A model generated the notes under the pieces. That model ran no database searches. It worked only from the letters and a program-made list of their open reading frames with translations, and was not told the origin of the DNA. Source: Neoechinorhynchus agilis (Eukaryota; Animalia; Acanthocephala). Taken from it: a stretch of DNA of 64,000 bases. Location of the stretch: contig CM121341.1 of assembly GCA_051530055.1 (NCBI GenBank), forward strand, positions 10,022,784-10,086,783, read 5' to 3'. Every line of letters starts with the position of its first letter. Within the stretch, counting starts at the first letter, position 1. Made by a program: the position numbers and the translations under genes. This document shows positions 26,604 to 40,221 of this stretch, piece after piece.

Positions 26604-27919
26604 GTAAATATATTTTTCAATTTTATATCTAAATACTAATTTCATTAAATTGTTTAGGGACACTGCAGCTAAAGGCAGTCTCATTATGCCAATAATCAAT
26701 ACCAAAACAGCGTTCTTAGCAATAAAATATGCTCGGATAAAAATCCAAAGAGAGTTGCCGAACAAAATCTATAATTTACAACGTTAATTAGGTAAATATT
26801 TTGTCGACCAAAGATCGCTTCGCTGTATTTAGTCACAATTCAATGAAAAAGTTTCCAGTTCTCGTTCATTAAGAAATTATAGGTAATCTAACCATGATTT
26901 CCAATAGTTTTCCCTCGAATCCTTAAATAATTAACTAACCAGCATAACTTATTGATAGTTATATAGAAAAATTAAACGTGTAAACAGTACTGAAGTTTAA
27001 GTGTTTTAAAGATCAAAATTTAACTACCGTTTCTAAATTAGAAAATCGCACGATTTCGTTAAAATTAAGCTGATTAAATTTAAAATCTGGACCTGTTAAA
27101 ATTTGTTGCATTTATACTTAAAAATTTCATAATTAATGCAATCAATCTGAACAGACACTATAACTTTCGAAGTAATTTCTTAAAGGAATCGAACTCCATA
27201 GAAAATATTTATATTTTCAAAGTAAAAAATAGACATTTTCAAGCCATTCAAACTACTTTATTGTACAATAAACTAAGAAGTTTAAATATTAATTGAAAAA
27301 TAAAAATTTGTTCATCATATTTAATAGCCTTTGTGCTACAAAACTTCTTTAATAGATTATTTTCGGTGCTTTTCTGTAATTTTACAAGTTTGAAAAAATC
27401 GTGCCATTTATTTGCTAGATGAATGCAAGCTTAAATCGATTACGGCTTCGAATTTTCACGTATATTTGGCCTGACCTTCGGTGCAATACTCATTATGCCC
27501 ACTAGATCGAGATAATTTCTCGTTGATATCTTTGACAGAATTCGACCTTGCTTCTCCCACACATCACATCACTTTCCATGAGGACGGTTAAATTCTTCGC
27601 TTCGATTGAAATTGATCTCATGGGCATTGTCATTTAATAGTAAATTCGAATCGTTTTTCCCTCTATCTGTACACATGAATAATCCACGACATAGCGAATG
27701 CCCTTGAGATGTAATGCACTTTAGGTTCGTTTCTAGTTCGAAAACCTAAATGCATACAAAATTTTCTAGAATCTTTTGGATTGTTTTTCAAAGGGATCAA
27801 ACAGAGAACCTATTAGTGAATTGACTATCTCACAGTAAGACAATCTTTTCAGAAACCCATGACTATGAATTCGATACACGTACACACATTTTTGCCTCCA
27901 TTGTTTCAACTTAGATGCA

Positions 27920-28390
27920 ATGATAGGAGAATGCTCCAATCAGCAGTGTATCGGAGTAATCGAGCGCAAAGTTTCCTTTTTCTCGATGAAGCACAGACCG
28001 ATACCACAACCGCAACGGTTCTGTAGATTGCTTCGGAGAACAAAAAGCGACTTGGTACATTTAACTTTGCGTTATTTTGGTAATCTCAAATATTTATATC
28101 CATTTTTTTGCCTGTTATGATCAACCGACGGGATGGGGATTTTTGGATGTTCAAGGAAATTCTTGTCCGTAATTCCGAGGGTTCTTTATAGATGAGGGAA
28201 CGAAGAAATATGGGACGGTATTAGCTTATCAGCTGAGATCCATCAAGACTGCGAATTATCTCAGCTATGGGCGAAATGTGCCTTAAAATCGAATTGTCAT
28301 AGTTTTGTGAGATGCAAAAAAGATGAATGGTTAAGGTCTACTGAAAACGTGCTGGTGTTATATCATGCACAAGAGAGAAGTCGCATATGA
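27920..28390 (+). CDS. Hypothetical, fragmented coding-like segment (weak SMAD-MH2/IRF-association-domain resemblance)
   Basis: 'DLVHLTLRYFG' and 'EIWDGISLSAE...LWAKCALKSNCHSFVRC...WLRSTENVLVLY' lie in different frames; resemblance by eye only. Confidence 0.2.
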
Positions 28391-29700
28391 AAAGAATCGG
28401 AAGCATGGAGAGTTGAAGGGTGCCGGAAATGAACTCTCTTCCCCAAACGCCCTCAAATAAGGCTAAAATTCACGGACACTACTTATTAACAGCTGAGCCG
28501 TTTTAAAATGCCAAACTAATGGATACTGAAACGATCTAGCCAGTAAGATTAACATATTGTATGGATCAGTCAAACCGGCGTTTCACACCGGATTCTCCAA
28601 GAACACACACTTATCTTTAGGTTTATTATATAAGCGTACTTATAGATGTATGGTGGTGGTGGTGGTGGTATGATAGCGATGGTGGTGATCAACGGTTCCC
28701 AACCCACCGCCGACCTGACCAATATAAACACGCCTAGTCCGCTGACTTTTAGATCGATGATGGTATCCACATGTGGGTTCATTTTTTAAGACAATCCTGT
28801 CATGATTGGAGACGGGCGACATACGATACGGCTTTAAGACTAAGAGAAAGGTTATAAATGCCAAATGTATAAAAGCTTCTAGCTGACCGATCAGTGCAAC
28901 GTTTACCATTCGTGTACGACGGAGATTTAGCTCCCAGTCTAGGTTATCAAGGGTAAGAAAGATTTAAGAACTTCTTTTACTGATTTACAAATACCAAAAG
29001 AAGTCCAAATGGATATCATTCTAATGTTCGATAATTAGTCCAGAAACACGGCTCATACGAGATATAAGTCCAATGCTTTATGCAATTACGGTCCTAATGT
29101 GGAGCAATCGTTATTGCGGCGCTTTAAAACAAATTTCGGTGACTCTAAAACTTTTTTACTTAGGAAGGCTCGTCTTGGTGTGGATTTGTAGACGAATAAT
29201 GGCAGTTTGTTGTCGAATGGCATTATCAAAAGTGCTCGGATCAAATTGTAGGCTCTTCGGCTCATAACACTTCATTCGAATTTGCAGTAAGCTCGATGAA
29301 GGACTCGCTTTAAAAAGAAAAATTGCTACATTTGTCAACCGAGATAACTGAAGTTCGGTAATCGTTCAGGAATGGCATTTGGGTAAAAACGGTTTCCTTT
29401 TTATCAAAAGATCGCTTATTTGTATTTCTCGTTTCTAGTTGTTTCGTTGACGCTATTTTTACGGTTGAATATGTTAGCTTTAGAGAAAATTCGACCGATT
29501 CTCAATATCTCCTCAATCGTATTGTAATTCGTTGCTAACGAACGATCCCAAAAGTTTCTAACAAGTTTTTGAATAATATCAATAGTCCGTGATCGATGGT
29601 TACCTAAATTCTTTGTACTGTTTTTCAATTCTCGGACCCTTTCAGGTTTCAGATGGCACGTTAAAATGAGAGTTGTGCACTTCAAGTCAATGCGACCAAG

Positions 29701-32429
29701 ATGTTATTATTGTTCTTAACGCCGATAATATTTCCAATAAAAAGGACGAGCTCCAATATCTTATCAGCAGTACATTTTAAAGAAGATTCACCGCCTGGAA
29801 CGTTCTTGACGTGCATAAAGGACCAAGTGGACATGCCATTGGGAGAATTGGAATCGAACACATTTGACAATAAAGCTTCCGAATTATTTCGCTACGATAA
29901 TTCAACATTGAGTGTGTACAGTCGCAAATGGGTTGATCGTGAAGATCTGGAACGCAATAATCACTGCACTATGATTGATAATAATTGTTACCTGTATCTC
30001 CAAATCTATTTAATGACAAATGTTGACAGTCAGTTCTATTCACTACCGATCGCAATACTGGACATGGACGACAATGCACCGACTTTCAGAATGCAACACT
30101 TTAAATTAAAAGTAAATGAAAACGAAAATAGAATTCAGGCGATTCCATTGCCTTTCGCTGATGACGATGATTATTTAGACAAAAACAATCTAAACTATAG
30201 ACTCACATATAGTAACCTGCTGGATGCTGCTATTTTTGAACTGGAGAATGGTACAAATCTGCTGATAAAGAAACCTTTGGATAGGGAAAAAAACCCTTAT
30301 CACAATCTCGGATTAGTCGCAAGGTCTAGACAACTTGAGACGGTTTTACCAATTTCGATTTCGGTACTTCTTTGATTCTTAATCGCGTGAAAGATCCATT
30401 CCTTTTTCAAAATTTTAGATTGAAACGTGGTAAGACAAACGGCTTATGTGATTTAAAAAGGTTAACTCAAATAGCTGATTTTTCCCGAGATATTTTGCTT
30501 TGAAGACTTTTAATGGACACATTAAGTAAACCCCTACAATCTAAAAATGCAAAATTTGAAGACAGCAATAATCTTATTATTAAATTTTCAAACACTAGAG
30601 TACACTGATCTTTTAAATATTATATAGTAGATCAAGTTAGAGTCGAAATATTTAAAGAGAAATTTTTAGTCCGTAACAATGATACAGTTTAAACCTGTAT
30701 TTGAGAACCTGTGAGGTATTTTATAAAAGTTAAGCCTTTGTTTTGAAATGGCTCTAAGATTCGAGTAAGGGCGAATGTAGTTTGTGGAATTTGAGATGTG
30801 AAATGTAGGTGGCACTTGCTTTTGGCGAATGGCTTTATAATTGAACCTTTTTTGAAACTTTTTTCATCTATGAATGCAAGGTTTAAGAATTCGTGCAGTG
30901 TACCAACTTCTCTTCCTGTAAAATTGAGAATCAATGCCTTAAACGATTTGAACGACAATGCACCGGAGTGCGGACGCAATCGATTTGTTGTCGGGGACAC
31001 ATACGTTGGCCGGATTGGTCGTTTGATTGCTACAGATTCGGATAGTGGAGTAAACAGGGAGTTGCGAATGGGATTTCCTTCGTCAGCGAAGCCCGATTAC
31101 TTGGATATAAACGGTTCGGATAATAGTTTATATGTGACAAAGTCGATAAGAGCGAGTGGAATACATCACGATCAACTAATGTTTAAATTTCAAGTGTCGG
31201 ATAAAGGATATCCACCACTATCTACATACTGTCATGTGGCTTTGACTGTTAAGAAAGCCCCAGAATATTTGTTGACGACTAAGAACACCGTTAATCTGCA
31301 AAATAGAGTAATTTATATTCCTGATAATATGAAAAAGGCTGATACATTGATTGAGTTGACATTCAAAGAAAACGACGTTCATGATGATCCGTTTTCGATC
31401 GAATGTCGAAGTAAACTTTTACATTGTGAGAAGCATTCTAGTCGAATTAATGCAATCGTACTGTCCAAGAATCTTCTAGACGTTCAAGATAACAACGAAT
31501 ACGATATTGTTATTATAGTTGTTCGTGATAAGTATCCGTTAGTAAGAACCGAGAATCTATATTTCGTGAGACTGATTGCCGTGGATGCTATTACTATAAG
31601 GGAACCACAAAATCAAACAACTTTAACACTTTCCGTCGATATTGAACAGCCATTAATTCAATTGAAGGTTCAATCTATAAGTAGAACAATTGATAGTGCT
31701 CGATTCGACGAGAAAATGGAATGGAAAGTCGAGTGTAAAAATTTGAATTTACATATAAAAGAGAACGGATCAGTTTATTTAAAGCGGGTGTACCGCCCCG
31801 GATTGGCTAGAGTGATGGCTTCACTCGTCGGAGCTGTGAGTGGATATGAGTATCAGTCGATAGGTTTCAATGTACTTGTAAAACCTGAGATAATTGGAGA
31901 ATTGCGACGTAAATTGAAGAAGCGGAACTGGATGGTCGATGAGCAATCGGAGCGTGATGCAAACGTTCACTGGTATCGATCGATCGCGCTGATTTTTTCA
32001 ATCATGTTCGTTATCTTCTTTGGAATAGGAGGCGCAGTGGTTTTGCCGGCTTTAAGGAAAAAACCGAAACTGATTTTATGCTGGAGAGGAAACCGAAGAA
32101 ATCGACGGAAACGTGGAACCGGTCTGATTTCGCCTGAAGTGGCGGTGAGTCGATTGTGTCAGCGGACATTAAGTCTCGGAGACGATTATCTTGACGTAAA
32201 GACGATTGCATCCGATAAAACAAATCCAAGTAGCTCTATGCGACAATATTGTAATGGATATTTATTTAAGTCGGTCGATCGAATTCAAATACCTAATGGA
32301 CATTGTGAAGAAGACTACGTCGGCATAATTTGGGAACATTTGGATAACCGACATTCTAATCCTGATAAAAAGAATATTGTTTACGGAAAGACGGCTGATA
32401 TACAATCCCATAAATCCTCTTTCGTATAA
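29701..32429 (+). CDS. Protocadherin-like cadherin (signal peptide, cadherin repeats, single TM, cytoplasmic tail)
   Basis: 'VDRE', 'LDMDDNAPTF', 'ADDDD', 'KPLDRE', 'DLNDNAP', 'ATDSDSG', 'VSDKGYPPLS'; TM 'IALIFSIMFVIFFGIGGAVVL'. The junction across 30365-30900 is unresolved. Confidence 0.88.
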
Positions 32430-34276
32430 AACGCTCAGGATTGTAAAGAACGCATGTATAAAATTGTAAATATTTTTCTTTAAGAAAGTTTAAAAATGAG
32501 TCCTGAATTCTATAGTTGGAGACTTGGATCAAAATCGTTGAAGTTCAATTACCGGAAGGTTCTTGTGGTCACTAGTTTATCCTGACTACATCCATTTGGC
32601 ATATGTTCACTGATGAATACACCGACTGATAAAAAGAAATCAGTAGCAGAATCGGCGAAACACGGAGTAAGCAAATGCAGATTTTAAGGTACTAGCTAAT
32701 TTCAACAAATATCTTGCAAATAAATCTTCTAGCTGAGACATAGAATCCATTGCTACTTTGTTTACAACATTCATACTAAATTTCTTATCAGTAAAGTTTC
32801 TTTTAATCGTAAACAGTCGAACAACGGTATCCATATCAACTTGATATCAAGCGAAAATCTCGGTTAATCTGAATATTATAGCGTTGAATGTTCACCACAT
32901 TTAAAGTAATTTTGATATTTGTGATTGTAATTCGAGGAAATAGGGAGCAAAACAGCTTTATTTTATTCGAAGACTATTTTTGCAAAGACAATACGACATT
33001 TAAAGATTCCGTTTGTAATCCAAATCAGCATCCATACTTTCCCTTGTGTTGTGGACACGTATGAGTTTATGTTTAAAGTAAAATTAATCCCATTCTGCTA
33101 ATTTAGCATCAAGCATTGTCCAGGTTCCGATATTGCTATTCATATACGCTTAATGTTGGACATACCATAGAAGTAAGTTTTTGGCAAATCGTTGGAATTT
33201 TAATTTAAGCAATTCGAGTTTGAAATTTAGTTAAATTTTAGAAAAGCATGCTGAAAATAAATTGAATGATTTTTCTACTCGCTAAAAGAGAATTAAAACT
33301 GCTTTGAGAGAAACATTATCTTATTCATTTTCGTAAATCAATCAACATCGACGATTAAGTTCGGAAATTATGAAAAAAATACACTTTACTCATTTATGGT
33401 TGCCAGAATATCTAAATTTCTTGGAAATAAATTCACAAAATTTTGTTTTATTTGAAAGCAACATTGGTTCTCGGATGAATTGCTTATACATTACAGTGAG
33501 CAATAACGTTTTAACGGTCTAAAATATAATAATAACACGTTTATTTTGTTACTTTACAAGAATTGGACCAATGTACCTTTGGGTCCTCATGAACACTTCA
33601 GTTCTGATTTGTTAAATGAATGCGGTTGTTGATTTTGGACTGGATTACGGGTTCAGTCGTGTGGGAATATCCGGCCGGAGGATACCCATTCGGGTAAAAA
33701 TTGATGGTTATTGTTTGCCGGAGTGTTTGTGAGGTTGAGTCTTCCCTCAGGTTCATTTCGGGTCTCAGAATTTAAGAATTTCAAACGGGCTGCAATTTAA
33801 CGCTTCGATCAAAAAATGCTTTGACGATTGAGACCAGCACAAAATCATTGTTTACTACCGTATTGATAAATTTTAAATTAAATATAGCATTTGATTATGC
33901 TTCGTGTCTATTGTTTTTTTAAATCACTCCAATTAATCGTTCGTATTAAGTTTGATACGGCATATTTTGTGATTTGCAATTTGGCAATGATGCAACCTGC
34001 CGTTGAGGTACGACCGTGTTTTTAATTTTAATTTACTCAATGAAGACGCTTATAGCATTTTGATATGGGCGCATTCGGTCAATATCCTGTGAGTATGTTC
34101 AAATACTGTTATCACATCGAAAATGACTACTTTTTACTTTAACAGGATCTTCGTTTATTTTGAATTAATTTCAAGATCAATTTTTTTCGTCTTAAAGATG
34201 CTCACCAATGTGACTCTTATTGATTACCCTAAGCATAATAGCGTGAATCGGTGCTTTATTTTTCAGGCGCATGTCT

Positions 34277-34460
34277 TAATTTTAATTTGACATATAAACC
34301 CAAATATAATTGATTTATTTGCCTAGCTTTCACCGTTTTACGGCTTCAACTAAGCAATTGATGCACGAACTCGAATATTTAAAGTTGAAGCCGTAAAGTG
34401 GCGAAAGCTAGGCAAATAAATCAACTATATTTGGGTCGTACAAACGTCAAATTAAAATTA
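34277..34460. mobile_element. MITE-like foldback element (~78-bp inverted arms)
   Basis: TAATTTTAATTTGAC...TTGCCTAGCTTTC...TTTACGGCTTCAACT mirrored by AGTTGAAGCCGTAAA...GAAAGCTAGGCAA...GTCAAATTAAAATTA. Confidence 0.75.
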
Positions 34461-34971
34461 CCCTAAGCTTTTCAATTTTATACCAGCAATGTCAGCAACA
34501 GTCGCTTATCTTTCTTATAAAATTAAGAAGATTTATTAGAGACCACCAGAGCTTGATTTTCGCTTTCAATGCAAAAATGCTATGAAACTTAGTAGACTCA
34601 TTGACTCAATTTTTAATTGCAAGATGCCTATGTAACATTTCGTTTCAATTTAACTCACTATTTCGACTAAATTTAGTATTATTCTCAACGACTAGTTGAT
34701 TTGCCGGTAAGTTTACAAGTATGAAAAATATTATTTGAGAAAATTCAGCAACCATGGACGGATATTCCACAAAGTCACTACGAATGCATGCACTTTTTTC
34801 ATACCATTGGTTATATTCCAAATGCCGTTCGTGAACTAAATTATAATTTCAAAAAACTTTCGATCTTAAACCAGGTTCTCGATCCTATTAAAAGTATGTG
34901 CGAAGTACGTTATTATTATCACACGTCTCATGTAAGTTGATTTTTTAATTTCTTTTAGAACCTCTTAAATC

Positions 34972-35409
34972 GTGTTAAAGGCTTCAAGAGAAAAGCTTAT
35001 CCCTGCCAAGAAATGTGCTTATGTAAACATAATTCCATGGGATACAGAAATCGAAAATCAAGCTGGTTTATTGACACTTAAAAGACAGTTTCCATACATT
35101 GAAGTCGTACCGCAAACCGCATTTGTCAATTTCGATTGTAAGTACATTAATACCCATAGATTTACTTATATTTTTAACAAAGCACGTATTTGTCTTCTTC
35201 GAGTTAAGCTAAAAGATTTGTCTCAAGTATTCTACAAATTGATCCATGTAGACACTGGATTTTTGCTGTGTTCAACCTTTGATGGCGAATTGACTCTTGG
35301 AGTAAGAACGTTATTATATCAAACAATTAATGTCTTTTATAGAGTCATTATTCGAGAATGGATGGACACTGTCTTTTTAAAATCATTAAAATCAAAAAGG
35401 AAAATTTGA
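34972..35409 (+). CDS. Hypothetical protein exon
   Basis: 145-codon ORF in AT-rich sequence, preceded by an acceptor-like TTTTAG; no family recognised. Confidence 0.3.
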   Translation: MLKASREKLIPAKKCAYVNIIPWDTEIENQAGLLTLKRQFPYIEVVPQTAFVNFDCKYINTHRFTYIFNKARICLLRVKLKDLSQVFYKLIHVDTGFLLCSTFDGELTLGVRTLLYQTINVFYRVIIREWMDTVFLKSLKSKRKI

Positions 35410-36463
35410 CCATGTTCTGCGCCAAATCACGACGATTTAATGTGCATTTGAGATTGCCTTCGAATTCACAGTTCACTCTCGTAACAAATAACAGTGCTAA
35501 TAACAAAACGACGTCTTATTTTATGATTACATTCTTTGAACACCCTTCCACTAGCTGGCCAATAAAAAAGAACATCGCATATAGTTTAAAAGAGTAATGT
35601 TTATTGATAAAAATTACTTCGTCTGTCTTTGGGATTGTGTAAAAACATCAAAAGCATTATATTTTAGACGGTTTTATACTTGTGTTAAAAAAAAGAGATA
35701 CCTTAAAATTAAACTTAGATATTTACAACTATAATTAAAGACTTATATTTGAGATCGTGTGAAGATTTCAAAAATTAGTTGTAAATTTAATGTTTAACCT
35801 TGGTAAATATTCGTGGTTCATTCGATTAAATGCAAAAAAATTTAAAGGTAGGATTATCGAAAACGTCAATTTCAAAAGGATCACAACAATTTTTTGTTTC
35901 GAAAATAGCATGTGATATAATAGCGATGAGATGGTGCACAATAAAAAAGATAAAAACCATAGATCCAATAGGAATGCAATTAGAAACAAAATGCAATTTA
36001 AAACATCGAATAAAAATTAAAATGCAAAGAATTTGATCCCGTATCGGTATAAATTTGGGATCGTTTGGAAATCACGTTAATAGTGCCCATAATCTGTACG
36101 CGATAATTTACGTTTATTTTACCCCGAGGAAAACCAACAGCTTTAACTTTCATTCCCTGGGGTGTTTGATTGTAAATTATAGAAGATTATATCGCGACTT
36201 GTATATAATGAAATTGATTGTAATTGCTTATAGAATTGCGAAATTTTTTAAGACTGATCACTTTATGCCTTTTGGGAAACATGGCCATAGCTACTCGAGT
36301 CATTTTACCACACCTGAAGGGCAGAAAGCAATTTAATTACTATTCCTGCATTCTTATTGGTTGCTGAGAGAGCATAGTTATTTTATATTAGATATTGAGC
36401 ACATATATGCCTACGATTAAGTAAAGGATCTCCTTTCCAACCATACGATCAACTGTGAACCTA

Positions 36464-37230
36464 ATGTCTAAGAGAAAATATTCAACTTTCATGATGGATG
36501 AAATCCTTGGAACTAATCCACGTCCGAATGACTTCCATCTTGTTGATTTGTCCAACGTAAAGAACAAATGCTGCGAAATTTGTGGTAAAGGATTTGATAG
36601 ACAATCCTTACTTATAAGACACAAACGAATTCATACAGGTAAACGAACTTTTCGTAATAATTATTTTTAAATTCATACAGGAGTAAAACCGTTTGAATGC
36701 GCAATTTGTAAACGGCCATTTTCAACCTCCAGTTCATTGAATACTCATATAAGAATTCACTATGGCATCAAGCCATGCCGATGTGAAGTTTGCGGGAAAC
36801 AATTCACGGCTGGTAGCAATTTGTACTACCATCAATTGACTCATAAAGAAAACAAGCCTCACAAATGCTCTGATTGCGAAAAGAGTTTCTCAACCCCTTC
36901 TGAACTAAAATGCCACCGGTATTTGCATTCAGGAGAGCATCCATATAGATGCGTATGTGGAAAGAGATACGGAAAGGCAAATCTTTACAAAAGCCATTTA
37001 ATGCGCCATCTCGGTAAATATCTAAAATCAATGCAAATATAATATTTTTCGTTTTAGGTATTAAACCAGAAAAATGCCCATTGTGCGTAAAGAACTTCAC
37101 AATTGAGAAAAAATTAAAAGACCATGTCAAGTATATACATGGTATCGAAAACTACAAGTGCAAAATAAAAGACGAAAAGTTAACTATTGATGCACTTGAA
37201 CGAGCAATAATATCCTCACTTAATTCCTGA
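36464..37230 (+). CDS. C2H2 zinc-finger transcription factor with N-terminal eh1-like motif (6 fingers, 3 exons)
   Basis: 'FMMDEILG' (eh1-like). Fingers linked by HTG|VKPF, HYGIKP, HKENKPH, HSGEHPY, HL|GIKP. Introns 36639-36680 and ~37015-37058 are GT-AG; stop at 37228-37230. Confidence 0.9.
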
Positions 37231-38537
37231 AGCGAGTCTTAAAAAATAAAAATTTCAAGTATTCAAACTTTTTCAATTCGTGCCGAAAACTTTCTTTTAC
37301 GTCCACTTAAAAGAGTCCACAACGCTATATTATGTTTATAAAAGTACGATCTACTCCATTGATTAATTAAAGTGACAACTTTAGTTCGTTGTGATTTATG
37401 TGATTTTCATAAACCGAACAGAAGTAAGCGTTCATGTCATCAATTACAAACGATAGAACGAAATCAAGAGGTCTCCAATGAGTCCGAATTCAGGGCGGGT
37501 TTATTCATCTAGAAAATTCTCAAAGCGAGAGCAATCGATAATAATGACTTGACTAAACGAGCACAACACAAGAGTGATAAAAAATGTTGTTTAATATTTC
37601 GAACAACAAAAATTACAAATAATGTCCTTTTAGTTTGATATTTAAAATTAGTTTTTAATTTTTTCCGAAGCTGCTCTCTACATATAGGAATAAGAAATCT
37701 TCGTGAATCACATAACTTTAGGGCAAAATCTAATTGTGTAATACGAACCCGTAATTCACCTGATAAAAAAGAGAAGGTTTCTTGTTATCTAGAGATCGCA
37801 ATATTATTTGGTTGGCAACTTCTCAAGATTCTTTGTAATATTAGAGAGAAATTTATCGTTTTTTATGTTTATTTTAAAATAATTGCAGAACTTTATTGAG
37901 CTTAGAAAGATTATTTCGAATGATATTTTGCAAATAAATTCTGAATATAAAACAATCTGAAGTAAACAAATCTGACGCAGTTGTTTGCAATCACGTCTCT
38001 ATCCATGAGATTGGGAAATAAATGTTTAATTTACAAGTTTTAAAATTAATATGAAGAGAGCGGGAATTGCCCCTTTAATTAATATTTGCGATTTCAAAGT
38101 AAATAAATATTCATAGCGATCACTTCTATCGTTTGAATCTCACATTTGTGCACCAACACAAGCTTTTACAATGTTGTAACTATTTTCACGAGTTCATTGT
38201 GGTTGCTTCGATTGACCTACTTTGCGAGTAGTAAAAATCATTGTCCAGTATTGATTTTATTTACACCCATTAAAGAATGAGTTCGTCGACCTTAAATTAA
38301 TTCTCTGCTAAATGATTTTTGTGAGAACACGAGTACAGTTGCTACTGACATTTGGTTCCGCTTACCATCAATAAAGAGTATTTGCATTGACTACAGCTTA
38401 CTTGTATCTAAATGTCTAGAGACTGGTCAGGGTAATATTTTAACGCTAATATTTCGATAAATGTTGTATTTTTGAAATTCTTATTGAATTTTGGATGGAA
38501 GCAAAGTTTTTTGAAGAGCAAAAAGTACTCGAGATAT

Positions 38538-39955
38538 GGTAATCAATATCAGCCGGATAAAACGTATATCTTATTATGATATTTCGATTTAGAGGAAGCT
38601 TCATCCGTCTTTGTTTCTAAGACTCTAAATTACTCAATTACATAGAATACTTTTTATCCGGGAGAAGGAAGATATTGATCATTACAACTCATAAAGAAAA
38701 TAAAAATTATTTTTCTGCTTTGAATCTTCTTCTAAAGAATGCCAACCATGATTTAAAATCATTAAGAGCGAGAATCCTTCTGGGATGATAGAGTTAAAAG
38801 ATTTGGTGATCAATATCAGCCGGATAAATCGCATATTTACATATTTCTATTTAAAAAGAAGCTTCATCCGTCATTATTTTTAATACTTGAAATATTTCAA
38901 TAAAATACGTTTTATCCGGACGGAGGGGGAGATATTGATCACCACAATTCATAAAGAAAATAAAAATTATCTTTCTCCTTTGAATCTACTTTAATTCCAA
39001 ATATTTTGTTTCTGAAGAATGCCAACCATGATTTAAAATCATTAAGAGCGAAAATCCTTCGGGGATGATAGAGTTTAAGAGATGTGGTGATCAATATCCT
39101 ACGGATAAAACGCATATTTTGATATTTCGATTCAAAAGGAAGCTTCATCCGTCATTATTTTTAATACTTGAAATATTTCAATAAAATACGTTTTATCCGG
39201 GCGGAGAAGGGGAGATATTGATCACCACAACTCATAAAGATAATCAAAATTATTTTTCTCCTTTGAATCTACTTTAATTCCAAATATTTTGTTTCTAAAG
39301 AATGCCAACCATGATTTAAAATCATTAAGAGCGAAAATCCTTTGGGATGATAGAGTTTAAGAGATGTGGTGATCAATATCCTACGGATAAAACGCATATT
39401 TTGATATTTCGATTCAAAAGGAAGCTTCATCCGTCATTATTTTTAATACTTGAAATATTTCAATAAAATACGTTTTATCCGGGCGGAGAAGGGGAGATAT
39501 TGATCACCACAACTCATAAAGATAATCAAAATTATTTTTCTGCTTTTAATCTACTTTAATTCCAAATATTTTGTTTCTAAAGAATGCCAACCATGATTTA
39601 AAATCATTAAGAGCGAAAATCCTTCGGGGATGATAGAGTTCAAGAGATTTGGTGATCAATATCCTACGGATAAATCGCATATTTAGATATTTCGATTCAA
39701 AAGGAAGCTTCATCCGTCACTGCTTTTAATACTTGAAATATTTCAATAAAATACGTTTTATCCGGGCGGAGAAGGGGGATATTGATCACCACAACTCATA
39801 AAGATGATCAAAATTATTTTTCTGCTTTGAATCTCCTTCTAAAGAATGCAAACCATGATTTAAAATCATTAAGAGCGAAAATCCTTCGGGGATGATAGAG
39901 TTCAAGAGATTTGGTGATCAATATCGGCCGGATAGTATATTTCATTATGATTACC
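38538..39955. repeat. Tandem satellite, ~262-283-bp monomer, ~5 copies; monomer = ~140-bp hairpin + spacer
   Basis: GGT(G/A)ATCAATATC starts at 38538, 38805, 39086, 39368, 39651 and 39913. Internal IRs GGTGATCAATATC/GATATTGATCACC and GGATAAAACG/CGTTTTATCC. Confidence 0.95.
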
Positions 39956-40221
39956 AAATCTCTCAAATTCTACCAACCCCGAATCATCGATTCCTTGTAT
40001 TGAAGAACTCAAACACGTGTATTAATTTCGGACTCGAACTCTGAACCGAATTTCGAAGACGGCAATTTGTAAATTTGATTGATCTAATTACTAATTTCCC
40101 TTAGCTCATGCAATTCAGCAATAGAAATTGTTTATGTGATTGATTATAGATTCAAATTTGATTGCAGGTGTCTTTCGAAAGTATTAATCACGGTCTTTTA
40201 GGCTCATTGGCGTTTCGTTCA

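Noticed and set aside
28570-28909. Minus-strand ORFs with poly-Pro/Thr/His runs
   Set aside because: Driven by a short (GGT)n repeat at ~28651-28668; no recognisable domain or resolvable gene structure.
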